From: a virus
Lineage: Duplodnaviria; Caudoviricetes
Direction: 5' to 3' (one strand)
Length of the DNA stretch: 58,954 bases
Virus record (IMG/VR): IMGVR_UViG_3300022413_000001
Coordinates: 1-58,954 of that record
The notes under the pieces are model-generated. The model was not told the origin of the DNA. It saw only the letters and a program-made list of their open reading frames with translations, and searched no databases. The translations under genes were made by a program, and so were the position numbers. Below are positions 1-8,913 of this stretch, in pieces; the stretch's first letter is position 1; every line of letters begins with the position of its first letter.

Positions 1-38
1 TATGGACAGCTCAACGCCCAGCGTTGATAGCATCCTGG
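1..38. repeat. Terminal overlap, identical to 58917-58954 (circular assembly junction); also present at 53281-53318
   Basis: TATGGACAGCTCAACGCCCAGCGTTGATAGCATCCTGG occurs at both ends, and the reading frame continues across the junction. Confidence 0.9.
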
Positions 39-787
39 ACAGAGAGCTATCTCTGAGTATGGCGCTTGCAAGTTTTACTCCCGATATCGACATTGACCTG
101 AGCGGGTCCAGGTTGCTGGCTATGCCTCTATCCATTGCCTCACTCACACCAGACGTAGATGCTGTGCTTCAAAGAGCCTTATCTTTGCAATCGAATGCGG
201 GCAGTTCCACTCCGGCCGTAGATAGCCTGTTGAGTAGGGCCTTGTCTTTAAACATCACCATCCCGAGTGTGACGCCAAATATTGATATTGACCTCTCTGG
301 GGCGAGATTACTGGCCATGTCTCTATCCATGCTCAGCTCTACGCCAGATATCGATGCCCTGCTCGATCGTGAGTTGGGGTTGCAGGCAGGCATCACGAGT
401 ACTACGCCCAGCATTGACCACGTCTTGGAACGGGCTCTTACGCTATCGGCGTCCGTGGCATCCGTGACCCCGGACATTGATGCCCTGCTCACCAACCTGC
501 GTGCGTTGTCGATGGCGATATCGGCTGATAGTGTAACTCCTGATGTGGACAACATTTTGGTCCGTGAACTGGAGTTGGGCATATCGGGCAACAGTTTGAC
601 GCCAGATGTGGACCTGATTCTCTCTCGTGCCCTGGCCATGAGCCTTGGCATTGCCAGCTTGACGCCAGATAACTTGTCGATGGTATTGGCTGGACTTGGG
701 GTAGTCCTTGATCCAGGGGTGGTATCCTTGACTCGCCGCAAAGGTCTGGTTTCTTTAACTCGAAGCAAAAGTATTGTATCGTTATAA
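2..787 (+). CDS. C-terminal half of a ~501 aa repeat fibre/appendage protein that starts at 58198 and wraps the junction
   Basis: ~21 aa repeats (RxLSxxxxxxSxTPxxDxxL); the ATG at 2 equals the ATG at 58918, which is in frame with 58198. Confidence 0.75.
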   Translation: MDSSTPSVDSILDRELSLSMALASFTPDIDIDLSGSRLLAMPLSIASLTPDVDAVLQRALSLQSNAGSSTPAVDSLLSRALSLNITIPSVTPNIDIDLSGARLLAMSLSMLSSTPDIDALLDRELGLQAGITSTTPSIDHVLERALTLSASVASVTPDIDALLTNLRALSMAISADSVTPDVDNILVRELELGISGNSLTPDVDLILSRALAMSLGIASLTPDNLSMVLAGLGVVLDPGVVSLTRRKGLVSLTRSKSIVSL

Positions 788-802
788 GTAAAGGAGACAA
801 GT

Positions 803-1657
803 ATGGGCTCATTGTCTAATTTTGCAGAAAATTCCTGGCTGGATCACTTGATCAATACGGCCTACACGCCTGCCGCAACGTTGTATTTGGCTTTCGCGAC
901 AGCAGATCCAACTGACGTTGGCACGGGGGCAGCGATGAACGAAACGGCGGATGCACAAGCCTATGCCAGGACCGCGATAACGTTTGGTGCGGCTACAACG
1001 AGGCGGGTGACACAAAACGCAGACGTGAGCTTTCCTCAAGCCACAGGCAACTATGCCTCCCCGATTACTCACTGGGGAATTGTCGATAGCCCCACTTATG
1101 GGGCCGGCAACATGCTGGCTCATGGCGCATTTTCCAGTAGTTTTCAGCCCGTGACGGGCAACAGGCCGAAAGTGATTACGGCATTGCAGGAGGTCTACAT
1201 CGAAATTACAGCGGGGGCAGGTGACGGCATTTCCGACTATGCCGTGCACGCCATGCTGGATTTGATGTTCCGCAATGTGGCATTTACCTCCCCTTCAGGG
1301 GCTAATTATGTGGCCCTGTCTCAAACTGTGCTCGACGATCAGGATGTTGCACTCGGCGACTTCACCGAGGTCACAGGCACAGGCTATGCTCGCAAGTTGC
1401 TTGATGCCAACGGTGGCTCATCGCCTACCTGGACGACAGTCAGTGGAGGGATTGCAAGCAACGCGGATATTGTCGATTTTGGTACAGTAGGGGCGGGAGG
1501 ATGGAGTAACATCGTTGCAGGTCTCATCATTGACAGTGCTTCGGGGGCGGGTAACATTTTGTTTTACAATTCCGCTGGTCTTGTTGATCAAAGCAATGTG
1601 GTCGAAAATGATGAGGTCAATTTCCCAGTGGGATCGATTATTGCAGCCGTAACATAA
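803..1657 (+). CDS. Virion minor tail/structural protein with two tandem homologous domains
   Basis: Repeated motif set LYLA..T..P / YAR / N...F..A / W..I...I.D...GN in both halves; AAGGAG RBS. Confidence 0.65.
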   Translation: MGSLSNFAENSWLDHLINTAYTPAATLYLAFATADPTDVGTGAAMNETADAQAYARTAITFGAATTRRVTQNADVSFPQATGNYASPITHWGIVDSPTYGAGNMLAHGAFSSSFQPVTGNRPKVITALQEVYIEITAGAGDGISDYAVHAMLDLMFRNVAFTSPSGANYVALSQTVLDDQDVALGDFTEVTGTGYARKLLDANGGSSPTWTTVSGGIASNADIVDFGTVGAGGWSNIVAGLIIDSASGAGNILFYNSAGLVDQSNVVENDEVNFPVGSIIAAVT

Positions 1658-1668
1658 GGGCGAGCTTG

Positions 1669-2004
1669 ATGGCGGGGAATCAAGAAGAAGTTGTCTATGT
1701 GGGGGACTATGACAATACGAATGATTTTCGTCTGGAATCCGATGGCGTAGCTCTCCCGCTCGATGATGTCATACAAATCGACGCAAACGTCAGTGGGCTT
1801 GATATCTCGTCAACGAATCAGCCCGCTGACTTGATTCGTTGGAATGTTCTGGGCTTTGAGGTGGGGGAAATACATTGCAGACTTGGAGCGATACCCAGCC
1901 TATCAGGAGGCATCAAGAATTGCTGGTTCATTGTGTTCGATCCGACGAACCCTAACGGTGTCGTCTTTGGGCCTATTGATCTGGTGGCCATTGAGTTGCC
2001 ATAG
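1669..2004 (+). CDS. Hypothetical beta-rich structural protein
   Basis: Follows the previous structural gene in the same operon. Confidence 0.5.
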   Translation: MAGNQEEVVYVGDYDNTNDFRLESDGVALPLDDVIQIDANVSGLDISSTNQPADLIRWNVLGFEVGEIHCRLGAIPSLSGGIKNCWFIVFDPTNPNGVVFGPIDLVAIELP

Positions 2005-2123
2005 GGGAGGACCGCAAGCACTTATAGAACAAACCTTAAACAGACGTCGATTTTGTGTTTTTTTTATTTTCTGCATAAGCTTGAGCTAAGCCTAACCCCT
2101 TCACCCTACATAAGGAGTTACCC

Positions 2124-2495
2124 ATGCTTAGCCAAAGCGAAGAGGACAGAATGTATGAGGAAGCAGGAAAATATGTGTCGCAAAAATGGGTGCTGACGAC
2201 GATTGTCAGCCTTTTGATAATCATCTTATCAGGAATTGGAGCCTTTTATCACAATATGATCATGTCGAATGACAGGGAAATTGTGATTCTGATGAATAAG
2301 GTGGCTAACCTAGACTATATAATCAAGGATTCAGAATCAAGGCACAAAGGCTTACACCAGGAGCAATTGTTAGAAATTCGTGCAAACAGAGAAAACCTTT
2401 TGAAGCAGATAGAATTCCTAAATACCAAACAGACTCAGATTGAGTGGCAAGTGAACCGCATAAAAAATATAGACTGTCATGGAGGCGCTCCATGA
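2124..2495 (+). CDS. Membrane-anchored coiled-coil protein (possible lysis accessory)
   Basis: One TM segment (WVLTTIVSLLIIILSGIGAFY) followed by a heptad-rich region; AAGGAG RBS. Confidence 0.55.
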   Translation: MLSQSEEDRMYEEAGKYVSQKWVLTTIVSLLIIILSGIGAFYHNMIMSNDREIVILMNKVANLDYIIKDSESRHKGLHQEQLLEIRANRENLLKQIEFLNTKQTQIEWQVNRIKNIDCHGGAP

Positions 2496-2962
2496 CAAGC
2501 ATCACCGGGCAACTCTTTGCGAACGAGAAAGCCTTCGGCTTGGAGTTGGAGAAACTCTACCGCAAACTGGGCTGGCTCGTGGGGCATACGTTCGACAGCC
2601 GACACTCTGCGGCGGGGGAGTCCGATTACCGGCTTGCTCACGAGACGCGCGGTGAGTTTTTGATGGCAGAGTTAAAGATGCCAGGCAAGGAGCCAACCTG
2701 GCCACAGGTGGAGTGGCTGAACGCGATGACGGCGTCAAGGGTCGAATGCCATATCTGGTATCCGGAGGACTGGGATATTGTCGTTCAGCGGTCTCAGGGA
2801 CGCGCAGGAATGGGGTGGTCAACCGAATGGTACTGGCGCCGGGGGAGTTTTGATCTTGCTGCAATCCGCGAGACGTGGGAGCGGGAACAGCTACGGAAGC
2901 AGGGGATCAAGGTGGCGCCAAGGAATCGGCGGGCGGGGGGACGAACAAGGAGGAAGAATTGA
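2492..2962 (+). CDS. VRR-NUC (PD-(D/E)xK) nuclease / Holliday junction resolvase-like
   Basis: E..F, G..D, AELK..G...T..Q..W motifs; GGAGG RBS and ATGA overlap at 2492. Confidence 0.75.
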   Translation: MTSITGQLFANEKAFGLELEKLYRKLGWLVGHTFDSRHSAAGESDYRLAHETRGEFLMAELKMPGKEPTWPQVEWLNAMTASRVECHIWYPEDWDIVVQRSQGRAGMGWSTEWYWRRGSFDLAAIRETWEREQLRKQGIKVAPRNRRAGGRTRRKN

Positions 2963-3162
2963 GTACCAGGGATGAATTGACGATAAGTGTAAAGCTTAGA
3001 GTTGACGATACCAAAATGAGAGAATTTGCGCAGGTATTGGGAAAGATAAAATATTTTGCAGACAGGTGCGAGCCTGAGATTCAAAAGGGCATATTGGATG
3101 GATTGGAAAAAATAGCAGATATTGTTTTATCCTCATCATTTAGGACATTAGCTGAAAACTAG
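2959..3162 (+). CDS. Hypothetical protein
   Basis: AGGAGG RBS with a TTG start overlapping the previous stop. Confidence 0.45.
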   Translation: MSTRDELTISVKLRVDDTKMREFAQVLGKIKYFADRCEPEIQKGILDGLEKIADIVLSSSFRTLAEN

Positions 3163-3190
3163 CGGGGGAAGAGGGAAGTGAGGTCATGTA

Positions 3191-3769
3191 ATGCCTGAGA
3201 ATGCCTGGAAAAACCGCATCACAGAATTGCGCTCTATCAATGCGTCTGAATTAATGGGGCATGATGGGAATTGGCGTGTGCATCCTCAACATCAAGTCGA
3301 TGCGATGGCTGGTGTGCTTGGAGAAGTCGGCATTGTGGATGCCTTGCTGGTCTATGACAGTGAGCGCCAAGGCGGGCTGACAATCATTGATGGGCATCTG
3401 CGCCGAGACCTGAGAGCGGATGCGGAATGGCCATGTCTCATGACAAACCTTGATGATACGGAAGCGGATTATGTGCTCGCGACGTTTGATTGGCTGACAT
3501 ACCAGGCGCAGGCGGACCGGAAGGCGTTGGATGCCCTCTTGAGGGACATGGCGACGCAGGACGCGGCTGTACAGGCGCTCTTAGATAAGATGCAATCTCA
3601 GTTTTTATCTGAAATTAAGCTACCTGACGAAAACATACATGATGAAACCGTACAGAAATCAGAATCTTTGATTGAGATTCGATGCAGTCAGGCTACGTTT
3701 CAAAAGATCCACGCGACCTTGTCTGAATGGGATTTATTGTATGACGACTTCGAGATTGACATTTCGTGA
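3191..3769 (+). CDS. ParB/Srx N-terminal domain protein (typical partner of DNA-modification genes)
   Basis: NWRVHP and IIDGHLR motifs. Confidence 0.75.
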   Translation: MPENAWKNRITELRSINASELMGHDGNWRVHPQHQVDAMAGVLGEVGIVDALLVYDSERQGGLTIIDGHLRRDLRADAEWPCLMTNLDDTEADYVLATFDWLTYQAQADRKALDALLRDMATQDAAVQALLDKMQSQFLSEIKLPDENIHDETVQKSESLIEIRCSQATFQKIHATLSEWDLLYDDFEIDIS

Positions 3770-4514
3770 GCAGACAGAAATAAGCTGGCAGAAGATACTG
3801 CGGGATCAATTTAATGATGAAGGCGTGCCACCTGTTCCGCATCTTTCTCTGAAGAAGGCAGTTGTAAAAGCGGTCTCATATCGTTTTGCCAAACAAATTA
3901 TTCTAAAATACGAATGGCTAGGCACGATGGGACCATCAACTTATCATTACGGAATTTTCTTTGGGCCGTATTGTGCTGGTGTTTGTTGCTTTGCAATCGG
4001 CGGCGGGACGGGTGGTGCATATGTACATAAGCCATTTTTAATAGAATATGATGAATTGGCAATTTTGATAAGAGGGGCTTGTGTACATTGGGCACCCCCT
4101 GGATCAAACTCCAAGCTTGTATCATTGTCAACTAAAATGCTACTTAAGAGCACTAAAGCATTGTTAGTGTTGGCTTACTCTGATTCAGATGCTGGAGAGA
4201 TTGGAACTATATATCAGGCTTGCAACTGGGTCTATATTGGGAAAGGAGGATCAACAACGCAATATGTTTCAAGAAAAAACAGAGTTATGGATCAGAAGAT
4301 TGTCCATGATGTTTCAAAACAAAATAATGTATCAAGAAAGGAAGTGGAAGATGCATTATTGAAGTCAGGATGGAGAAAACAAAAAAGCAATCCAAAGGGA
4401 AGGTATGCCTTTACACTGAATGTAGATTTAAAGAATCGCCTTGAGCAGATGCGGAAGCCGTATCCGAAACGCCCCACAAGCATAGACAGCGATGCGTTAG
4501 CTATCCCAGGCTAA
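3741..4514 (+). CDS. Mom-like (GNAT-fold) DNA adenine modification enzyme
   Basis: AYSD..AGEIGTIYQACNWVYIG and C-terminal PYPKR motifs typical of Mom-family proteins; start probably ATG 3741. Confidence 0.8.
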   Translation: MTTSRLTFREQTEISWQKILRDQFNDEGVPPVPHLSLKKAVVKAVSYRFAKQIILKYEWLGTMGPSTYHYGIFFGPYCAGVCCFAIGGGTGGAYVHKPFLIEYDELAILIRGACVHWAPPGSNSKLVSLSTKMLLKSTKALLVLAYSDSDAGEIGTIYQACNWVYIGKGGSTTQYVSRKNRVMDQKIVHDVSKQNNVSRKEVEDALLKSGWRKQKSNPKGRYAFTLNVDLKNRLEQMRKPYPKRPTSIDSDALAIPG

Positions 4515-4544
4515 AGAGGGCAGTGCAACTCTGACCGTGGGGCT
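4471..4544 (+). ncRNA. tRNA-Gly-like cloverleaf overlapping the 3' end of the Mom-like gene
   Basis: Acceptor GCCCCAC/GTGGGGC plus U discriminator; D arm GCAT/ATGC; anticodon arm TTAGC/GCTAA with loop TATCCCAG; T-like arm with loop TGCAACT; no encoded CCA. Confidence 0.7.
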
Positions 4545-4635
4545 TGAGCCAAAACGGCTACAGAATATAGATATAGACGCATAGTTAGATAGCTATGCGT
4601 CTCCACAGATTCCATGTTGGTTAAGTGGTGAGTTT

Positions 4636-5052
4636 ATGGCAATCAACAGGCAGCGCTACACTGCTAAACAGGTCATACAGGCTTTAAAGGTCACACGTGG
4701 CATGGTCTATATGGCGGCGGAACGCTTGGGGTGTGATCCGAAAACAGTCTACAACTATATTGACCGATACCCCTCTGTCAAAGAAGCGCTGGACGATACG
4801 ACAGGGCGCTCACTCGACATGAGTGAGACGATGCTCATGCAGCAGATCATGAAGGGCAATATCGTTGCCATCAAATACCACTTGAGCACCAAGGGCAAGC
4901 ATCGGGGATATACGGCAGAAATCGAAGTGGGCGTTACGCACCGTATGGATGACGAGATCTCTCAAGCACGCGAAGCCCTGAGTGATATCCTCGCGGTAAC
5001 AGGAGAGCGACTCAAAAATGCCGGCCTTAATGGAGATGGCCAAGCTTACTGA
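4636..5052 (+). CDS. terS: Terminase small subunit
   Basis: N-terminal HTH (AAERLGCDPKTVYNY) and AIKYHL..KGK.RGY; lies directly upstream of TerL. Confidence 0.8.
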   Translation: MAINRQRYTAKQVIQALKVTRGMVYMAAERLGCDPKTVYNYIDRYPSVKEALDDTTGRSLDMSETMLMQQIMKGNIVAIKYHLSTKGKHRGYTAEIEVGVTHRMDDEISQAREALSDILAVTGERLKNAGLNGDGQAY

Positions 5053-6361
5053 TCTTTCAGCAGCGGAAGAATTCTCCATGCTGGACGAGAGGGAGCGAAA
5101 CCGCGTTCTGGATAAGATGCCCGATAAGCAGATCTATGCCCTGATGCATGACTGGGCGTTTTGGGCACGCCCGGAGCAGTTGTTGCCGGAGCATGATGAC
5201 TGGGATGTGATGTTCTGGTGCGCGGGCAGGGGGAGTGGGAAAACGAGACCAGCAGCGGAGACTGTTAACCAATGGGCTGAGAACAAAAATTGGCACCTCT
5301 CGCTTGTGGGAGAGACGGCAGCAGAAGTCAGAGATGTCATGATCGAGGGACCCAGTGGACTGATTGCGACAGCGAAGCCCTGGAACCCTGCTGTGTACGA
5401 ACCCTCGAAACGGCGTGTGACATGGCCTGCTACGGGGACTTGGGCAACCACATACAGCGGGGACAAGCCGGATCAGTTGCGTGGACCTAATTCGAATGGG
5501 TGCTGGGTCGACGAGTTGGCCAAATTTCGGTATCCGGAAAAAGTCTGGGAAAACCTGGAAATGCTTAACCGTGTTGGGCGCCACCCACGGTTTTTAATTT
5601 CCTCTACGCCTCGCCCGATCCCAATTATAAAAGAAAAAATTGAAGAGTCCTTAAAGCCCAATTCAACGACTATCGTTCGCACCTGGAATACCTACCGAAA
5701 CCTGGCAAACCTGGCTGAATCGACCATTCAGCGGTTGCTGAACCGGTACGAAGGAACCCGGATTGGGCGCCAGGAATTGCATGCGGAGCTGCTCAGTGAT
5801 ACGCCGGGGGCACTGTGGACACTGTCAGGGATTGACGAGCACCGGGTTACCCAGCATAATGCCTTGAAAATCATTGTCGTAGGTGTAGATCCTCCCATAA
5901 CTGAGGGGGGTGAATGCGGAATCATAGTGCAAGGACTGGCTCCAAACGACCACATTTACACACTGGACGATATGAGCATGAGTGGCAAGCCGCACGAATG
6001 GGGAGCCCAAGTCATTGCGGCTTATCACAAGTGGGGAGCCAATTATATCGCACCTGAGATCAATCAGGGCGGAGATATGGTGTCGTCAGTTTTGCATACA
6101 ATCGATCCCGGTGTACCGATCACTCCAGTTTGGGCGTCAAGAGGAAAGTGGTTACGGGCAGAGCCCATATCGAGTTTTCACGAAAAGGGCCGTATGCATC
6201 ATGTCGGCACTTTTGCTGCTCTCGAAGATGAGCAAAGCACCTACGTACCCGGCAATCCCAGCCCTAACAGATTGGATGCGTATGTTCATGCGGCAACTAA
6301 ATTACTCTCTTACACGGAATTTGACGCCGGCAGTACGAGAGCGGGTGTGTGGGGAGAATGA
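5018..6361 (+). CDS. terL: Terminase large subunit
   Basis: Walker A AGRGSGKT, Walker B WVDE, STP coupling motif, nuclease GVDP ... SPNRLDA. Confidence 0.95.
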   Translation: MPALMEMAKLTDLSAAEEFSMLDERERNRVLDKMPDKQIYALMHDWAFWARPEQLLPEHDDWDVMFWCAGRGSGKTRPAAETVNQWAENKNWHLSLVGETAAEVRDVMIEGPSGLIATAKPWNPAVYEPSKRRVTWPATGTWATTYSGDKPDQLRGPNSNGCWVDELAKFRYPEKVWENLEMLNRVGRHPRFLISSTPRPIPIIKEKIEESLKPNSTTIVRTWNTYRNLANLAESTIQRLLNRYEGTRIGRQELHAELLSDTPGALWTLSGIDEHRVTQHNALKIIVVGVDPPITEGGECGIIVQGLAPNDHIYTLDDMSMSGKPHEWGAQVIAAYHKWGANYIAPEINQGGDMVSSVLHTIDPGVPITPVWASRGKWLRAEPISSFHEKGRMHHVGTFAALEDEQSTYVPGNPSPNRLDAYVHAATKLLSYTEFDAGSTRAGVWGE

Positions 6362-6364
6362 CCG

Positions 6365-7771
6365 ATGAGCGAAGTTTCAAACGGGCATGATGTAGCGGAT
6401 GTCCTTCGGACAGCCCAATCGATTATCCAATCCCGTGCGGCGCTATCCGCGCACCTTGGAAAGGCATTTGGAGGGGTACGGGATTACTATGATATTTTGG
6501 GGTACAAACTCAACCTTCAACCCCTAGACTGGATTGCAAAATACGACCGTCAGGATATTGCGAGCCGCATCGTAAATGCCTACCCGGATGATACGTGGCG
6601 CATCTCCCCTTTGGTGTGGGAAAACCAGGATGAAATTGACACTGAATTTGAAGTGGCATGGACACGTCTGGTTGAAAGGCTGCGGATCTATCACTATTTC
6701 CACCGGTTGGACCGGTTGGCTGGGCTTGGCCGTTATGCCATTATGATTATGGGCGTTGCGGACGGGAAATCCCTTGCTGATCCCATTAACCGGACTGTAG
6801 CTCCTGCCTTGCAGTATCTGTCTTTGTACAGCGAAGAACACGCGGACATCCAGGCGATTGATGAAAATACGAATTCGCCCAGATTCGGACTCCCCCTTAC
6901 CTATAAGGTTGACTTATCAAGGTCGACAACAGTCGTGGGATCCACGCAATCTACCCGCGAGAATAAACAAAAAGACAACCAAATTGTGCATTTCGAACGA
7001 GTTATTCATTTTGCGGATGGTGTGCTGGAAGATGATGTCTATGGAACGCCCAGACTTCGGCCTGTTTACAACCTGTTGGATGACTTGCAAAAAGTGGTCG
7101 GTGGATCAGCCGAAGTATTTTGGCGCAACGCCTCACGGGATCTGATTGCAGCGGTGAGGGATGGGGCGCACCTAACGCCTGAAAGTTCGACTGCGATCAG
7201 CGAACATATTGATGAGTTTATCCACGGACTGCGCCGAGTGCTTCGGGTAGAGGGGGTAGACATCAATGCCTTGCCAGCAGAGATTGCGTCTCCACGGGAT
7301 ACGGTGGATGTAATCATGGATATGGTTTCAGGCACAACGGGCATTCCCAAACGCATCCTGCTGGGCTCAGAACGAGGAGAGTTGGCGAGTTCACAAGATG
7401 AGGGGAATTGGGTCTCCCGCATAGAGCAGCGGCAAATACAAGTCATCAACGATGTTATTCTGCGCAACTTTATTGATAGGATGATCTCAATCCGCATACT
7501 CCCAACCCCTCCCGATGGGTATACAATCGAATGGCCACCGCTAATAACTGAGGATCCCAAGGAGCGGACAGAGAGAATAGAACGCTTGGCGAACGCCTTG
7601 GCTACGATTGCAGGTCCAGGGCAGGTTTTGAGTGTATTCCCACTTCCTGAAGTGCGGGAAACGGTGCTGGAATGGGATGCAGAGAGTCCTTTTGAGACGG
7701 ACGAATCCCTCGCAGCCATCGAGGAAGAGGATGACGATGATTTCGAGGTGGACGACGATGTTGCTGAATAA
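6365..7771 (+). CDS. Portal protein (DUF1073-like)
   Basis: Follows TerL; ERVIHF, GIPKRILLGSE.G.LAS..D..NW motifs. Confidence 0.88.
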   Translation: MSEVSNGHDVADVLRTAQSIIQSRAALSAHLGKAFGGVRDYYDILGYKLNLQPLDWIAKYDRQDIASRIVNAYPDDTWRISPLVWENQDEIDTEFEVAWTRLVERLRIYHYFHRLDRLAGLGRYAIMIMGVADGKSLADPINRTVAPALQYLSLYSEEHADIQAIDENTNSPRFGLPLTYKVDLSRSTTVVGSTQSTRENKQKDNQIVHFERVIHFADGVLEDDVYGTPRLRPVYNLLDDLQKVVGGSAEVFWRNASRDLIAAVRDGAHLTPESSTAISEHIDEFIHGLRRVLRVEGVDINALPAEIASPRDTVDVIMDMVSGTTGIPKRILLGSERGELASSQDEGNWVSRIEQRQIQVINDVILRNFIDRMISIRILPTPPDGYTIEWPPLITEDPKERTERIERLANALATIAGPGQVLSVFPLPEVRETVLEWDAESPFETDESLAAIEEEDDDDFEVDDDVAE

Positions 7772-7788
7772 GCATAGGCTCATTAAAA

Positions 7789-8643
7789 ATGCCATCTGCT
7801 GATCCGTCACACACAGCCACACTTAGGCGCCGATACAGCGGCGCGATGAATCGTCGTTTCCGTACACTCGCAAGTGATGTGCGCAAGTCCATTGTGGACA
7901 ATGACGGATTGGGGTTTCGTGCGAATACGCCCGCACCCCATCGCGCCTTTGACTTTCCCAGGTCAGCAGAGAAGGTAGACGCATTCATTCGGTGGTTGCA
8001 ACGCGAGGTTGACCGGGGCATCCTCGAAGTCGTCTTGCGCAATGGTTCTGAAATCGTACTACATCGTGAGTGGCAGAATCGGTTCATCCGTAACGCCTAT
8101 ATTCGCGCGGTGACGGATGCTGAGACATCCTTAAAGCGCCAAGGTGCACTGATAGCACCACTCGATTTCACGATCGGACTTGAAGCCGGGGTGCATATTG
8201 AAACGCTGGAGTTGATGTATACGCGGGTATTTGAGGGATTACGCGGAATAACGGGGTCAATGAGTGGCCAGCTTTCACAGATTTTGTCGCAAGGCTTAAT
8301 TGATGGAGTAGGGCCGCGCGTGCTTGCCAAGCGCATCACGGACCAGATTGCGAGTATTTCACGCACGCGAGCCATGGTCATCGCAAGAACGGAGATCATC
8401 AATACCTATGCGGAGGGCACACTCAATATTTTTGAGCAAAACGGCGTCTCAGGGGTAACGGCAGAGGTTGAGTTTTTAACGGCAAAAGATAATCGGGTCT
8501 GTCAACGATGCCGTTTTCTGAACGGCAAAGTTTTTACTATCCAACAGGCTAGAGGCATCATTACTGTCCACCCACGTTGACGTTGCGTTTGGCTCGCGGT
8601 CGTGAGCAGCGAAGGAATCGGAGGCTCATCACAAGCGGCATGA
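7789..8643 (+). CDS. MuF / SPP1 gp7-like head morphogenesis protein, extended through the in-frame UGA at 8578-8580 (candidate selenoprotein, 284 aa)
   Basis: RA..IARTE and D.RVC..C motifs; terminal HPR-[TGA]-RC matches the conserved HPxCRC; the next in-frame stop (8641-8643) overlaps the next gene's ATG. Confidence 0.8.
8581..8611 (+). promoter_or_regulatory. Bacterial SECIS-like hairpin
   Basis: 11 nt after the UGA: GCTCGC-GGTC-GTGAGC (8592-8607); possible lower pairing CGTT/AGCG. Confidence 0.65.
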
Positions 8644-8819
8644 TGGATAAGCAGCGCTACCCTCTAACACTGCCCGAAGTCCGTTGCGCGTACTGTGGCG
8701 TATTGTTCCTCAAGGGAGGATATTGGGGGGAATACAAATGCAGATCCTGCAAAAAGATCAATGTGCAAAGTGTTCAGTTGCAAAAAGATGTAGACACAGA
8801 TTATAATTCGGAGAGCTGA
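8640..8819 (+). CDS. Com-family C4 zinc-finger RNA-binding regulator
   Basis: EVRCAYCG.LF ... KCRSCKKIN, the Mu Com-like pattern; ATG overlaps the true MuF stop (ATGA). Confidence 0.7.
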   Translation: MMDKQRYPLTLPEVRCAYCGVLFLKGGYWGEYKCRSCKKINVQSVQLQKDVDTDYNSES

Positions 8820-8858
8820 CGCAATTTTAAAACCAATCGTTTATTTTTTTTCGCTCTG

Positions 8859-8899
8859 AGCCCTGAGAGGTCCGTAGGGAACCTCTCAGGGCTTTTTTT
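8859..8899 (+). terminator. Intrinsic terminator / regulatory hairpin upstream of the capsid genes
   Basis: 13 bp stem AGCCCTGAGAGGT/ACCTCTCAGGGCT followed by a T run. Confidence 0.75.
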
Positions 8900-8913
8900 A
8901 TTGAGGATTGACA

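Noticed and set aside
4471-4544. Canonical translational tRNA
   Set aside because: 8 nt anticodon loop, TGCAACT instead of TTCRA, a T-stem mismatch and no CCA; kept as tRNA-like
6365-7771. Anti-CBASS Acb1 (a label often attached to this family)
   Set aside because: Size, motifs and position after TerL indicate a portal; no 2H phosphoesterase motif pair was recognised
8577-8639. TTG-started N-terminal extension of the Com-like ORF
   Set aside because: No RBS, and the region is better explained as the MuF C-terminus plus SECIS
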